In this document: positions 37,488 to 46,858 of the stretch, piece after piece
Position numbering within the stretch: position 1 is the stretch's first letter
Layout: each line of letters opens with the position of its first letter
DNA from: a virus
Taxonomy: Duplodnaviria > Caudoviricetes
DNA: 53,586 nucleotides
Direction: 5' to 3' (one strand)
Virus record (IMG/VR): IMGVR_UViG_3300007735_000754
Location: 1 to 53,586 of that record
The notes under the pieces: generated by a model
Seen by the model: only the letters and a program-made list of their open reading frames with translations
Database searches by the model: none
Told to the model about the DNA's origin: nothing
Program-made: the position numbers and the translations under genes

Positions 37488-39947
37488 ATGGATACCATTA
37501 CAAAATATTATAAAAATTTGTTTGAAAAATTAGAAAACCAAAAAAATGGTTTATTGAATAAATTTACCAATTTATTTGAATCAAATTTACGCCCACATGA
37601 TTACTTATATGCAGAGGCAAAAAAGAGGGGCTATGAAAATATAACTGACATTCCTAATGAGGAATTTAATGAGATCCGGAAGAGCCCAGAGTATCAGAAG
37701 TTAAGGGCCTTAGAAGACGCAGATGCTTTTATGGGACAGAACTATGGACTTGGAGAATACCATAGGAATCGCTTCGATAGCCCTCAACGTGAATATGGTA
37801 AATATGAGCAATCTTATGTAGATGCTGGACCAAAGGATACGCAAGATACCAGTGACCAAGAAGATCAAACTTCACCAGACTTTGTTGGTCCTCGTAATGT
37901 AAGCCAAGAAGATCAAACTTCACCAGACTTTGTTGGTCCTCGTAATGTAAGCCAAGAAGATCAAACTTCACCAGACTTTGTTGGTCCTCGTAATGTAAGC
38001 CAAGAAGATCAAATGTCACCAGACTTTGTTGGTCCTCCCAGTAATTTGGCAAATCCTCCAGCACAACCACAACCCTCTGTTCAAGATCAAATAAATCAAC
38101 AATTTGATCAGGCAGCTCAGGGTGAAAAAGACAGCTATGAAGCTGCTCGTAGAAAATACTATAACCGCAGAAACCAAGAAGAAAAAGATAAGGCAGAAGA
38201 AAATTTAGCTCGTATTGCTGCACTTGACATGAGCAAGATGTCTGCTTCCGGTAGAGCTCAGGTTGCCGTAAACAAACTCAAAGCCGAAAGAGCGCTAAAG
38301 AGAGATAGATTCGACAAAGAAGCAATTGATCGAATGGCGGCAAGCGACAGAGCAGAAAGGTTCATGACCCCGGAACAAAAGGCTGCAAGAGAAGCCAAAA
38401 ACAAACAAGCAGTACGTGATATAGAAACTCGCGGCCATAAAAATCTTGGTCATACCCAAAATGAAAAAGGAGAATGGGTAGATGCAAAAGGAAATCCCGC
38501 ATCTCTTGTTGGTCCTATTCGTGATAAATTTGGACCCGACGTAGTAATAGGAGGTACAAATATGACTTACGGTGAGTTTGAAAGACAAACCGGAAGAAAG
38601 TATAATGCTTCTAACAGCGAAGACAGAAATTTAATAATAAAGTTGGCTGGCACGGGAGGTGGAAGATTTTCAAGCGAAGCAGCCAGACAGGCTGCATTGA
38701 GTGCAGACGCCACAAATCAAGCGTATAGACAACAAAATGATGACATGGCAAGACGACAAGGCGAACTTGATCGTAAGGCTGACGCATCACAAAGAGAATT
38801 GGATCGTTTTAGAAATGATCCACAATATCGCGAACAACTCCGCAAAGCCGAGATGGAGAAAGTAAGACCGGGAGTCGAAGCGGAACAACGCGCAAGAGAT
38901 GAAAAGAGTGCAAGAATTAAAGCCCAAGGTGATGCCAATTTTGCTCAAGGTGTACAAAACCAAATGCAGCAACAGTTTAATCAAGCAGGCATTCAAGCAA
39001 GAAATAGAGAAGCAGGACCGGGTAAGGTTGGAGTTCCAAGTCTTTTAGCAAAACCCGGACAAGAACCAAAGGCTCCTAATTTAATTAGCAGACCCGAGGG
39101 AGCAGCACCAGAAGCTCCTACATTAATACAAGCACCCCCACCCGAAACTCCTGCTGCTCCAGTTTATACAGGACCGGGGAGCAAAGATTATGGAAAACCT
39201 CCCGCCGGAATTGCAAGACCTGAGGATACAACTCCAGATCTCTTAAGAAGAAACAGCACTGGAGGAATACCAGTAGGAACACAGATAATTAACAAATCAG
39301 AGTCCATGGCAGCAAAACCCGGACCAACCGCTGCTCCCGCAACTGCAGCTAGTCAGAAAGTTACTACATCTGCTTCTCCTGTTACTCCACCACCCCCAGC
39401 ATCTACTGGTGGTCAGGTTGCACAAAAAGTCGCACAGATGGCAGCACCAGCTACGTCTAGTGGTGGCATGAATCAACCAATGGATCTTTCTCAAATTCCA
39501 GATGAAGAAGAAAAACCAACTCCAGCAGGAGCTGAAAGTTCTACCTCAGGAACACAATTCCGAGGTGTCCCGCCTGACCAAACTGATGCAGCCAAACAAA
39601 ATGCTGCATCCAGAACAACAGGATCTCCTCAGGCCGCTTCACAGCCAACTATGAGTCCTGCAACTGCACCAAAGCCAGCTGCTGCAACAACCAGCACTCC
39701 AGTTGCTGCTGCAACTCCTCCCGCTAAACCAGTTGCAATTGGAAGCCAAGTCACCGCAGCAGCAACAAAAATGGCTGCTCCTCCACTCATCTCCAACGCA
39801 CCAGAAGAGGAAGATGAACAACAAAAGGGACCGCTTCCAGCAGGACAGAGCGCACTAAACGTTCCAATCCCACAGAAGAAAAGAGGATCCAATATTCCGG
39901 TAGGAAGCCCGGTAAGATCTGGAATGGCAGGAAATAGAGGAGTATGA
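37488..39947 (+). CDS. Large Q/P/A-rich late protein with 31-aa heptad leader
   Basis: CTAAATA plus GAGGAG RBS, tandem repeats and disordered composition. Confidence 0.7.
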   Translation: MDTITKYYKNLFEKLENQKNGLLNKFTNLFESNLRPHDYLYAEAKKRGYENITDIPNEEFNEIRKSPEYQKLRALEDADAFMGQNYGLGEYHRNRFDSPQREYGKYEQSYVDAGPKDTQDTSDQEDQTSPDFVGPRNVSQEDQTSPDFVGPRNVSQEDQTSPDFVGPRNVSQEDQMSPDFVGPPSNLANPPAQPQPSVQDQINQQFDQAAQGEKDSYEAARRKYYNRRNQEEKDKAEENLARIAALDMSKMSASGRAQVAVNKLKAERALKRDRFDKEAIDRMAASDRAERFMTPEQKAAREAKNKQAVRDIETRGHKNLGHTQNEKGEWVDAKGNPASLVGPIRDKFGPDVVIGGTNMTYGEFERQTGRKYNASNSEDRNLIIKLAGTGGGRFSSEAARQAALSADATNQAYRQQNDDMARRQGELDRKADASQRELDRFRNDPQYREQLRKAEMEKVRPGVEAEQRARDEKSARIKAQGDANFAQGVQNQMQQQFNQAGIQARNREAGPGKVGVPSLLAKPGQEPKAPNLISRPEGAAPEAPTLIQAPPPETPAAPVYTGPGSKDYGKPPAGIARPEDTTPDLLRRNSTGGIPVGTQIINKSESMAAKPGPTAAPATAASQKVTTSASPVTPPPPASTGGQVAQKVAQMAAPATSSGGMNQPMDLSQIPDEEEKPTPAGAESSTSGTQFRGVPPDQTDAAKQNAASRTTGSPQAASQPTMSPATAPKPAAATTSTPVAAATPPAKPVAIGSQVTAAATKMAAPPLISNAPEEEDEQQKGPLPAGQSALNVPIPQKKRGSNIPVGSPVRSGMAGNRGV
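37857..38037 (+). repeat. 48-bp coding tandem repeat (QEDQTSPDFVGPRNVS) x3.8
   Basis: Units at 37857, 37905 and 37953 are identical; 38001 is partial. Confidence 0.95.
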
Positions 39948-40477
39948 AGAAACTAAGTCCGCTTGCAAAATATTTGGTGGAGTATGCACAAGGCAATACT
40001 CCACGGCCACCCGGCAAAGAGGGTATGACTACAGTAGACTCTGGTATTTTTAGCTTTGGCGATCAATCTATATTTGCAAACGTTGTTGTCAAAAATCCGA
40101 CAGGTGATGGGTTTAAACCAGTAAAACCAACATTTGGACTTGGTTTTGACATGGCGCCAACATTAGCTGCAAGTGTAATGGACGTAGTACGTGCTCACGG
40201 AGATGACAAAGACAAGACAGATCTAGGACTATTAGGGGGAGAAGAGGGCCCAGAGTGGGATACTGACGATCCATCCAACGAATATGAAAAATTTGCTTCT
40301 TGGCAACAACTTAACCGTGCTGTTGGAAATTATGTGACCAACAGAGCAAATATTGCCATGAACCCCTTTAAACTGGGAAAAGTTCCCAAAAATCCAGTTG
40401 GGCGATATGACGGGCTAGATACTACAAAAATGGGATTAATTTCAGACAAACGTGGCCGAAAAACTAAGGTAAAATAA
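39944..40477 (+). CDS. Hypothetical late protein (KYLVE N-terminus)
   Basis: ATGA overlap and GAGGAG RBS. Confidence 0.65.
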   Translation: MKKLSPLAKYLVEYAQGNTPRPPGKEGMTTVDSGIFSFGDQSIFANVVVKNPTGDGFKPVKPTFGLGFDMAPTLAASVMDVVRAHGDDKDKTDLGLLGGEEGPEWDTDDPSNEYEKFASWQQLNRAVGNYVTNRANIAMNPFKLGKVPKNPVGRYDGLDTTKMGLISDKRGRKTKVK

Positions 40478-40516
40478 ATCTAAATATTAACACAGGTATA
40501 CTTTCAAAGGAAAATA

Positions 40517-41251
40517 ATGCATTACTTAACACAATACTACAAAAATCGTTGCAATCAACTTCAAGAGCAAATCAATGCTCTTAACGGCAAACTTTATATG
40601 CTTGCTGAAGCTGCAGTTGCTTCCAGCTCAACCGAAACCGCCGACCAATCTGGCGTTGGTGCTACCAAGCCATTCAGCGGAGCCCAACTTGGCCAGCTGC
40701 TCGGTTCCGGTAACATGGATGCCGTACACAATTACATGGCTCAGTATTATGCCAACAACCCATCTGCTCTAAGAGCAATTGCTGCTATGAACCAAGGTCA
40801 GGCTTCTGGTGGTGCAGATTCTGGCGCAGGAGTCTTTGATGGTGCAAATCTTGGACGCATTCTTGGTGCCAATGATCCCTCAGGTGCTCGTCGTTATGTC
40901 GGACAATTTGGCGGTGGCAGCGATGAAGGTGAGCAAACCGCTCCTGGTATGAGAAGCATGCTGCGCGCTGCTACCAATAAGGCTGCAGGAGTTCGCGGTG
41001 GTTCCATCGGTGGTGGTGAGATGGCTGGCGGATACGGCGGTGGAGCTTCACCTTACGGCGAAGCTGGTGGCGCTGCTGATTCTGGCGCTTTCGGTGGTGG
41101 TAGCAACGGTGGTGGTGGTGGTGGCTTCAGTGGTGAAGTTCTCGGCCAACTGCTCGGTAAGGGTGACATGGATGCAGTCGCTAACTACCTTCAGCAGTTC
41201 AAGGGATACCAAATGGGAGCATTTGGTCCAAAGAACAGACGTAGAAGCTAA
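40517..41251 (+). CDS. Gly-rich late protein with 31-aa heptad leader and three F.G..LG..LG repeats
   Basis: CTAAATA and AAGGA upstream. Repeats at 40673, 40835 and 41126. Confidence 0.7.
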   Translation: MHYLTQYYKNRCNQLQEQINALNGKLYMLAEAAVASSSTETADQSGVGATKPFSGAQLGQLLGSGNMDAVHNYMAQYYANNPSALRAIAAMNQGQASGGADSGAGVFDGANLGRILGANDPSGARRYVGQFGGGSDEGEQTAPGMRSMLRAATNKAAGVRGGSIGGGEMAGGYGGGASPYGEAGGAADSGAFGGGSNGGGGGGFSGEVLGQLLGKGDMDAVANYLQQFKGYQMGAFGPKNRRRS

Positions 41252-41437
41252 TTAGACATTAAGTCTTTTAGAAGTAGTTCCGAAGAACTCATCGAATATT
41301 TCGGTGAGTTCTTCTCTTTTCTTTACAGTCTGATTGTATTCCTTTTGGGATTGTTTTCCGTCAGTCTCCAATCGCCCCAGTCTGTACATAATTTGACCAA
41401 ATTCGTATATAAGTTCTTCTAGCTTTTTATCAGACAT
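41252..41437 (-). CDS. Hypothetical early protein
   Basis: ATG 6 nt after TTGCTT-N17-TATAAT. Confidence 0.65.
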   Translation of the reverse strand: MSDKKLEELIYEFGQIMYRLGRLETDGKQSQKEYNQTVKKREELTEIFDEFFGTTSKRLNV

Positions 41438-41488
41438 GGCATCATTATACTGCAGTTGAAAACCAAAAGCAAGCATATAAATAATAGT

Positions 41489-43918
41489 ATGCCGGACCAT
41501 GTAAATAAGAAATTTTTAGATAGCTTTTTTGGCAAGAATATTCCAATAGAAGTCAATAGTCCTGAATATTTCGCTAAACAAAAATATTTAAAAGAAGAAG
41601 AGCAAAAGAGAAAAGAACTTGAGAGAAAGCTGGCAAAGGTTCAGTACATTTCTGAATTCAAAAGAAACAGACCATCAAGATATTTGGAGCCCAAAACGTC
41701 TGAAGTTTTGAAAGAGAAACTATCTTTATATTTTTCTCGCGTTCAAAAGCCTTTGTTTGAACAAATGTTCAACAGCGATAGCAACCCTTGGGTTATGCAA
41801 AATACTCCAGTTGGTATCTTTTACATGAATAAAGATACTGGTCAGTGGATGAATGGTTTTGGTGTCGTTGCGAATAGCCTAGAAGAACTTCTCCACGCAT
41901 CGGGAGAAGACACTCATTCGTTTGGAAACTCCACTCCACAGATACAACTTGATGGTTATCTTCCAGAGTATCCACCACTATCTGCTGCAAGTAGTTCATT
42001 AGATTATGAAGTATTTGCGACTGACTGGAATATACAAAATTTAAGAACATCGTATGGATTTGGAACTCCTGCTTACACTTTACATTCACTTGTTCCAAGT
42101 GTTTCAATTCTAGCAAATGGGTATAATGGTTCTAGAACCCCATCTAACTCAACGGGATCTGATTTTAACCTAAATTATTTAAAAACGTATTTACAAGATA
42201 TACCAGAAAGTAGAAGAGTTGTAAATCTTGAAATGTTCTGGCCAGACATACCCGCATATGATGCCTATCGTAGAGATTTTTATGAAAACACGGCAGATGC
42301 TACTACTTATTTGGGATCTACATTTTTAACACCTTGGTGTGATGTAGAGGCAGCAGATGTAAAATCTTCATTAACTGCTGTTTTAAATCTTTGTCAGAAT
42401 GAAAATTTAGTAATTCCTTATTTTACCGATAACAGAGGATTGGAAACTGCTGGTAACGTATACAGCATTCAAGGAGCTAACAGTTATTGGAACGGAAATG
42501 CAGCCTTTGATGCAAGCGGCAATCCATTGACTCCAATTGCTGCTCCTGGTGGTAATTACGGAGTATACGGTACATGGTATCCAGATGCAAGATATTATGC
42601 GGCTTGGATCAATGATTCTCGGTTTAACAATTATATTATGTCAACTTCTGGTAAGAGTGTTGCCACCAGCATGGTTGATTATTATAATACACTCAGCGGA
42701 AATACATTACCCGTAACAGCAGAGCAGCTTTTTAGCCGAGCAGCAGGTATAACCCTAGCGGGCGATTTTACGGGCTATGGATATTACTATGAGAAACAAT
42801 TTAGCTATTATGGACCGGGAGCTCCTTTAACAAACATACAAAGAATAGATGAAACATACAGAGCTTCAGCTTGGATTGCAACATTTGATGAACTTACAAA
42901 TGGCCACTATGCTGCAAAAAATATAATTGAAGCAAAAAATTCTGTAAGTTTGTATGCCAATAGTTTGTATTCATCATACGAAATATACCCCACAGGAACC
43001 ACTGAATGTGAATTTTATCGTGATTCAAATGATCAAAAGTTTTTAAAACCAATTTTTCCAAATTTAAGTGGAGGAAACGGATGGTACGGGTGGCATGGAA
43101 ATATAATTTATCCTCACGGAGGATATCCTAATGTTTCTCCAAATTATATTTCGGGATATGTATTAAATCCACAAACAGACGAAGAAAAATATAATTGGGC
43201 AGGACATAATAATCCTTCATATGTACCAACAGCGGGAAGCACGTTGGTAAGATATGCATCCACTCCATTGGTTGATGTAGAAGAATGGAAGTCACAAGTT
43301 GTTTATAAACAATTTGTAAATGATATAAAGTTACTTCGTCATCAATATCGAGCTAAACCGGATTTTCACCTATATCATACTCCATTTTTAGCAACCAATT
43401 TCAGTGGTTCTGGGCCTGGAGGAGCGCCTTTATGTTTGTATAATGAGTATTATGACGATAGCAGATATTTTAGAGAATTTGTGTATCACATATTGCTTCA
43501 CGGCGTTGCATATGTAATGAACTATTGGGCAAAGAAAGAAACAATGCATGAAATTTTGGATGCATGGAGAACCATAAGTTATAATTCAAAATCCATTCCG
43601 TGTTCCAATTCTACCGGAAATACAAATCTTCCAGTTGACCGTTTAATCTTAAGCAATGCAATAACAAATCAAGTTATGAGTGGCGGCAGAATGACAAAAA
43701 CAGGAAAATACCTGTGGAGAATTACTGCTCCACCAACTGCAAAACGAGCAAACAACACAATCGTTTTCCAAAATCTTGAGTCTGGATTTGAGCCAGATCT
43801 TCCATTTGAAGTAACTATTGATTGCTCTAATCCCGCAAACGGTTACGGATTCTGGATAAAACGTAACGTTTCTACCCCACCAAACTATGGAGTTGTTCCA
43901 GAGCCAGAACCAGCCTAA
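41489..43918 (+). CDS. Large Tyr/Asn-rich late protein, probably virion-associated
   Basis: ATG 5 nt after exact TATAAATA (41476-41483). Function not recognised. Confidence 0.6.
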   Translation: MPDHVNKKFLDSFFGKNIPIEVNSPEYFAKQKYLKEEEQKRKELERKLAKVQYISEFKRNRPSRYLEPKTSEVLKEKLSLYFSRVQKPLFEQMFNSDSNPWVMQNTPVGIFYMNKDTGQWMNGFGVVANSLEELLHASGEDTHSFGNSTPQIQLDGYLPEYPPLSAASSSLDYEVFATDWNIQNLRTSYGFGTPAYTLHSLVPSVSILANGYNGSRTPSNSTGSDFNLNYLKTYLQDIPESRRVVNLEMFWPDIPAYDAYRRDFYENTADATTYLGSTFLTPWCDVEAADVKSSLTAVLNLCQNENLVIPYFTDNRGLETAGNVYSIQGANSYWNGNAAFDASGNPLTPIAAPGGNYGVYGTWYPDARYYAAWINDSRFNNYIMSTSGKSVATSMVDYYNTLSGNTLPVTAEQLFSRAAGITLAGDFTGYGYYYEKQFSYYGPGAPLTNIQRIDETYRASAWIATFDELTNGHYAAKNIIEAKNSVSLYANSLYSSYEIYPTGTTECEFYRDSNDQKFLKPIFPNLSGGNGWYGWHGNIIYPHGGYPNVSPNYISGYVLNPQTDEEKYNWAGHNNPSYVPTAGSTLVRYASTPLVDVEEWKSQVVYKQFVNDIKLLRHQYRAKPDFHLYHTPFLATNFSGSGPGGAPLCLYNEYYDDSRYFREFVYHILLHGVAYVMNYWAKKETMHEILDAWRTISYNSKSIPCSNSTGNTNLPVDRLILSNAITNQVMSGGRMTKTGKYLWRITAPPTAKRANNTIVFQNLESGFEPDLPFEVTIDCSNPANGYGFWIKRNVSTPPNYGVVPEPEPA

Positions 43919-43929
43919 ATAATATAGCC

Positions 43930-44175
43930 ATGTTAAAATTTTCCCAATTCATCAAAGAAGCAAAAGTACAAGGTGCAATTACTCAGATGGGGCTTGCGGT
44001 TACCCCAGACGAAGAGCAAGAGTATCGCAATATAATTGCCGCCAATCAGGATAACCCAAATACGGAAGAAGTAGAGCAGACTGGGGATGATCCGGCTTGG
44101 CAGAACACTAATGCAGCGGTATCAAATTACGTCAGCAAACAAGTTCAGTCAATGCGTCAACAAGCAGGACTTTGA
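43930..44175 (+). CDS. Putative internal head protein (CTS MLKFSQFIKE)
   Basis: CTS-like decapeptide and CTAAATA upstream. Confidence 0.65.
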   Translation: MLKFSQFIKEAKVQGAITQMGLAVTPDEEQEYRNIIAANQDNPNTEEVEQTGDDPAWQNTNAAVSNYVSKQVQSMRQQAGL

Positions 44176-44176
44176 A

Positions 44177-44797
44177 ATGGCAAAGAAAAAAGAAATAAAG
44201 ATCCCAGAAGACAAGCAGAAAAGATTTGAGGAATTGATGGACAAGTATATGGATACACATAACATGTCCGGTGATGCTGCTCGTCAACGTGCACTGGATG
44301 ATCTTGGTCTTTCATCTAAGAAGCTTCATGAGGGATTTAGAAAGGCAATGCGAAGAGTCAAGGCGAATGATATTGACTACGCAGAGAAAGAAGCCAAGCG
44401 TCAGGCATTTCGCAAAGGAATAAAAGATTCCAAACTTGATACTCATAAAGCAGTCAAGAGAGAGTTGGGATTAGAAATTTTGTCAGACGAAGATAAGGCT
44501 CGTATGGAAGCAGGATCAAGAGCCAACAAACAAAACATTCAAAAGATTGCTCTTGGCTTGTATCCAAACATTCCTGGCGATAGATTTGAGGGACAGAAGA
44601 AAGCATCAGAGAAAGATCGCCGCGAACTAAAGAATGCTGCAAAGGCTGTTACAAACCGGACAACCGCATCCGAGATTGCAAACGAAATCTACAACGAACA
44701 ACCTGTAATCCGTGATCGTAAAGCAAAGACCAAGGAAATGTACGACAAGTTAACTCATCTTCGCTTCATGAAGAAATTGCAAAAGAAGGGCTTCTGA
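44177..44797 (+). CDS. Basic helical late protein
   Basis: ATG 1 nt after the previous stop. K/R-rich. Confidence 0.6.
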   Translation: MAKKKEIKIPEDKQKRFEELMDKYMDTHNMSGDAARQRALDDLGLSSKKLHEGFRKAMRRVKANDIDYAEKEAKRQAFRKGIKDSKLDTHKAVKRELGLEILSDEDKARMEAGSRANKQNIQKIALGLYPNIPGDRFEGQKKASEKDRRELKNAAKAVTNRTTASEIANEIYNEQPVIRDRKAKTKEMYDKLTHLRFMKKLQKKGF

Positions 44798-44799
44798 CT

Positions 44800-45054
44800 A
44801 TGGGATCAATTACAGAAAACTGGAAACGCAAATTTGAAGAACTTACTCTCGTCAAGGAAAACTTGGAGAGAATGGTCTACAATCTTCTTGAGATAAAAAG
44901 CACTGCTCAAATCGATAGAAGCCAAACCGAAGCTAAGAAGAAAGCAGCAGAAATTCAAAGAAACGCCAGACAAGATCCCAAAAACGCAAACAATACAAGA
45001 TTGATGCGTACTGATGATCAACGTGAACGAAGGGGATCAGAAAGAAGAGTGTAA
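44800..45054 (+). CDS. Small late protein with 31-aa heptad leader
   Basis: MGSITENWKRKFEELTLVKENLERMVYNLLE. Confidence 0.65.
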   Translation: MGSITENWKRKFEELTLVKENLERMVYNLLEIKSTAQIDRSQTEAKKKAAEIQRNARQDPKNANNTRLMRTDDQRERRGSERRV

Positions 45055-45259
45055 ATTGGCCAAGAAAAGAATCCGAAACAAAAATCGGAAACCAAATGAG
45101 GACGCAAGTTACTACTTTGTGGCCCACGTAGATTCAGCAGGAGAGGTAACCCCTCTCCTTTTAACTGATGTGGAGTTCGAAGTGGCAAAGAAGAGAGCAA
45201 ACAAAAATCAAGAGGATGTACCTCTTGATTTTATTGTCTTTTCCCAAGCCCACAAGTAA
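45014..45259 (+). CDS. Hypothetical protein
   Basis: LLLT..E...A.KRA.KN.EDVP pattern. Start uncertain. Confidence 0.55.
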   Translation: MINVNEGDQKEECKLAKKRIRNKNRKPNEDASYYFVAHVDSAGEVTPLLLTDVEFEVAKKRANKNQEDVPLDFIVFSQAHK

Positions 45260-45472
45260 TTATTCGTCTTTGCCTTTTCCCCAGCCGCTTGCGTGGTTGT
45301 AGGCTATTAGCACAGATTCCTTTGTCTCCAGTGCACAATTTTTCTGCACACGAAGCACACGAATTTCTTCTGCCGCATCTCTGCAAACTTCAAATACTTC
45401 TCGGTTTGCATCGTGCCATTTGTCTGCCATGTTTCTCAGGCGTTCTTCAATGTCTTTCATTTGATTCATCAA
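45260..45472 (-). CDS. Hypothetical early protein (DI.ERLR...AAEEI..LR type)
   Basis: ATGA-coupled to the upstream gene. Confidence 0.65.
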   Translation of the reverse strand: MMNQMKDIEERLRNMADKWHDANREVFEVCRDAAEEIRVLRVQKNCALETKESVLIAYNHASGWGKGKDE

Positions 45473-45636
45473 TCTTCGTTATTGACTCGGATCTCGTTCA
45501 GCAAAAACCCAACAACCATGCCAATTATGCTGCCCATGAGTGCCCCCTCATAGTTGTAGTGGTATGCAATACCAACAAGATTAATAATTGCCAAAACAGT
45601 GAGGGGAACCGTGATTTTATTAATAATGTTTTTCAT
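45469..45636 (-). CDS. Small two-TM membrane protein
   Basis: Two hydrophobic segments. ATG 6 nt after TTGACA-N16-TATAAT. Confidence 0.65.
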   Translation of the reverse strand: MKNIINKITVPLTVLAIINLVGIAYHYNYEGALMGSIIGMVVGFLLNEIRVNNED

Positions 45637-45686
45637 GATAATATTATACACCAATTTGAATAATTGTCAAGGATAAATATTGTAGT

Positions 45687-45992
45687 ATGCTTAGCTTCAA
45701 AGAATTTTTAATCGAATCTTCCGCCGCATGGCAACGCAAAGAAGGCAAAGACCCCAAGGGTGGTCTGAACAAGAAAGGCGTTGAGTCTTACCGCAGAGAA
45801 CATCCCGGTTCTAAACTTTCCACTGCTGTAACAACCAAGCCATCTAAATTGAAGAAGGGCTCTAAGTCTGCAAAAAGAAGAAAATCCTTCTGCAGCCGCA
45901 TGAAGGGAATGAAGGCTAAACTTACTTCTGCCAAGACCGCAAGAGATCCTGATTCAAGAATCAATAAGTCCTTGCGTAAATGGAACTGTTAA
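45687..45992 (+). CDS. Basic protein (AAWQRKEGK..GGLN..RRKSFC.RM..W.C module) with CTS
   Basis: MLSFKEFLIE followed by a module common in T4-like phages. GATAAATA upstream. Confidence 0.75.
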   Translation: MLSFKEFLIESSAAWQRKEGKDPKGGLNKKGVESYRREHPGSKLSTAVTTKPSKLKKGSKSAKRRKSFCSRMKGMKAKLTSAKTARDPDSRINKSLRKWNC

Positions 45993-46106
45993 TTTTTACG
46001 TTCTTTGAAGTGAATTATAATTTCTGCAATAGCCATTGCAATCACTGGCAGGAACGTAGCACCAGCAAACCAATAGATGTTTACGGGAGTTTCAATCACC
46101 TGATAT

Positions 46107-46544
46107 TTATCGGTGTCTTTTGAATGCAACCAATGTTGCCATTGCCACAAGCAGTCCCATTCCGGGAGCAGGAACATGAGGATGATACGGGGGATCGTCC
46201 GTAAGTTCTTCGGGCACAAGATCCATGCAGACGCTCTCAATGCGGTCGTATGAAACAGGAATGAACATATCCTGATTCACGCCCTGCACGGTCATCACAA
46301 GATTGCCTTCACGGTAGATCTTATGAACCCAAAAGCCATCAAAGGAACCCATGAAGAAATTATGAGGAACCTGTGGGTAGTTGGAGACAGTCGGATGGTC
46401 GATTGCCTCTTCATAAGGAGAGGTGATCGTGAGCGTGTTGTCAAAGGTCAGAGGCTTGGTGTACGAAACACCAACATACATCGAACCTTCATTGATGGAG
46501 GCCGAGAAAAGATTGCCCTGTCCGTAAATCAAAGATACGCTCAT
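46107..46544 (-). CDS. Protein with PEP-CTERM-like C-terminal sorting signal (VPAPG variant)
   Basis: Ends VPAPG-MGLLVAMATLVAF-KRHR: motif, TM helix, basic tail. Confidence 0.65.
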   Translation of the reverse strand: MSVSLIYGQGNLFSASINEGSMYVGVSYTKPLTFDNTLTITSPYEEAIDHPTVSNYPQVPHNFFMGSFDGFWVHKIYREGNLVMTVQGVNQDMFIPVSYDRIESVCMDLVPEELTDDPPYHPHVPAPGMGLLVAMATLVAFKRHR

Positions 46545-46858
46545 TAGATCCCGTCCATTTCATTGTTGTCATCGGGTCCAAAGAATCCCAATTCGTTGTC
46601 AATATCAGCCATCTTGTCCAAAGCCTGCTGCTGCTTCATCTTCTCCATGCGCTCCGGTGTACGGAACTTCTTCATGAAGTCACAGTTGCAATGTTCAAAC
46701 TCACGGTCATCGGAGTGAATGAGGAGCCCGTCCCATTCATCACACCAATGCCATCCATTGGCAAGTTCCTCTGCAGTGAGCATGACACTCTCATCGCCGT
46801 CAAAGGGACGCATGAGGTAGTTCCAACGTTCTTCAGTCATTCCGTGTTTGTCATCCAT
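46544..46858 (-). CDS. Hypothetical early protein (GWHWC.EWDGL...C.C)
   Basis: Starts at the AAGGAGAACACCAATG junction. Confidence 0.7.
   Translation of the reverse strand: MDDKHGMTEERWNYLMRPFDGDESVMLTAEELANGWHWCDEWDGLLIHSDDREFEHCNCDFMKKFRTPERMEKMKQQQALDKMADIDNELGFFGPDDNNEMDGI

Noticed and set aside
37857-38037. Possible CRISPR array
   Set aside because: Units are contiguous and identical with no unique spacers, and are in frame within a protein.
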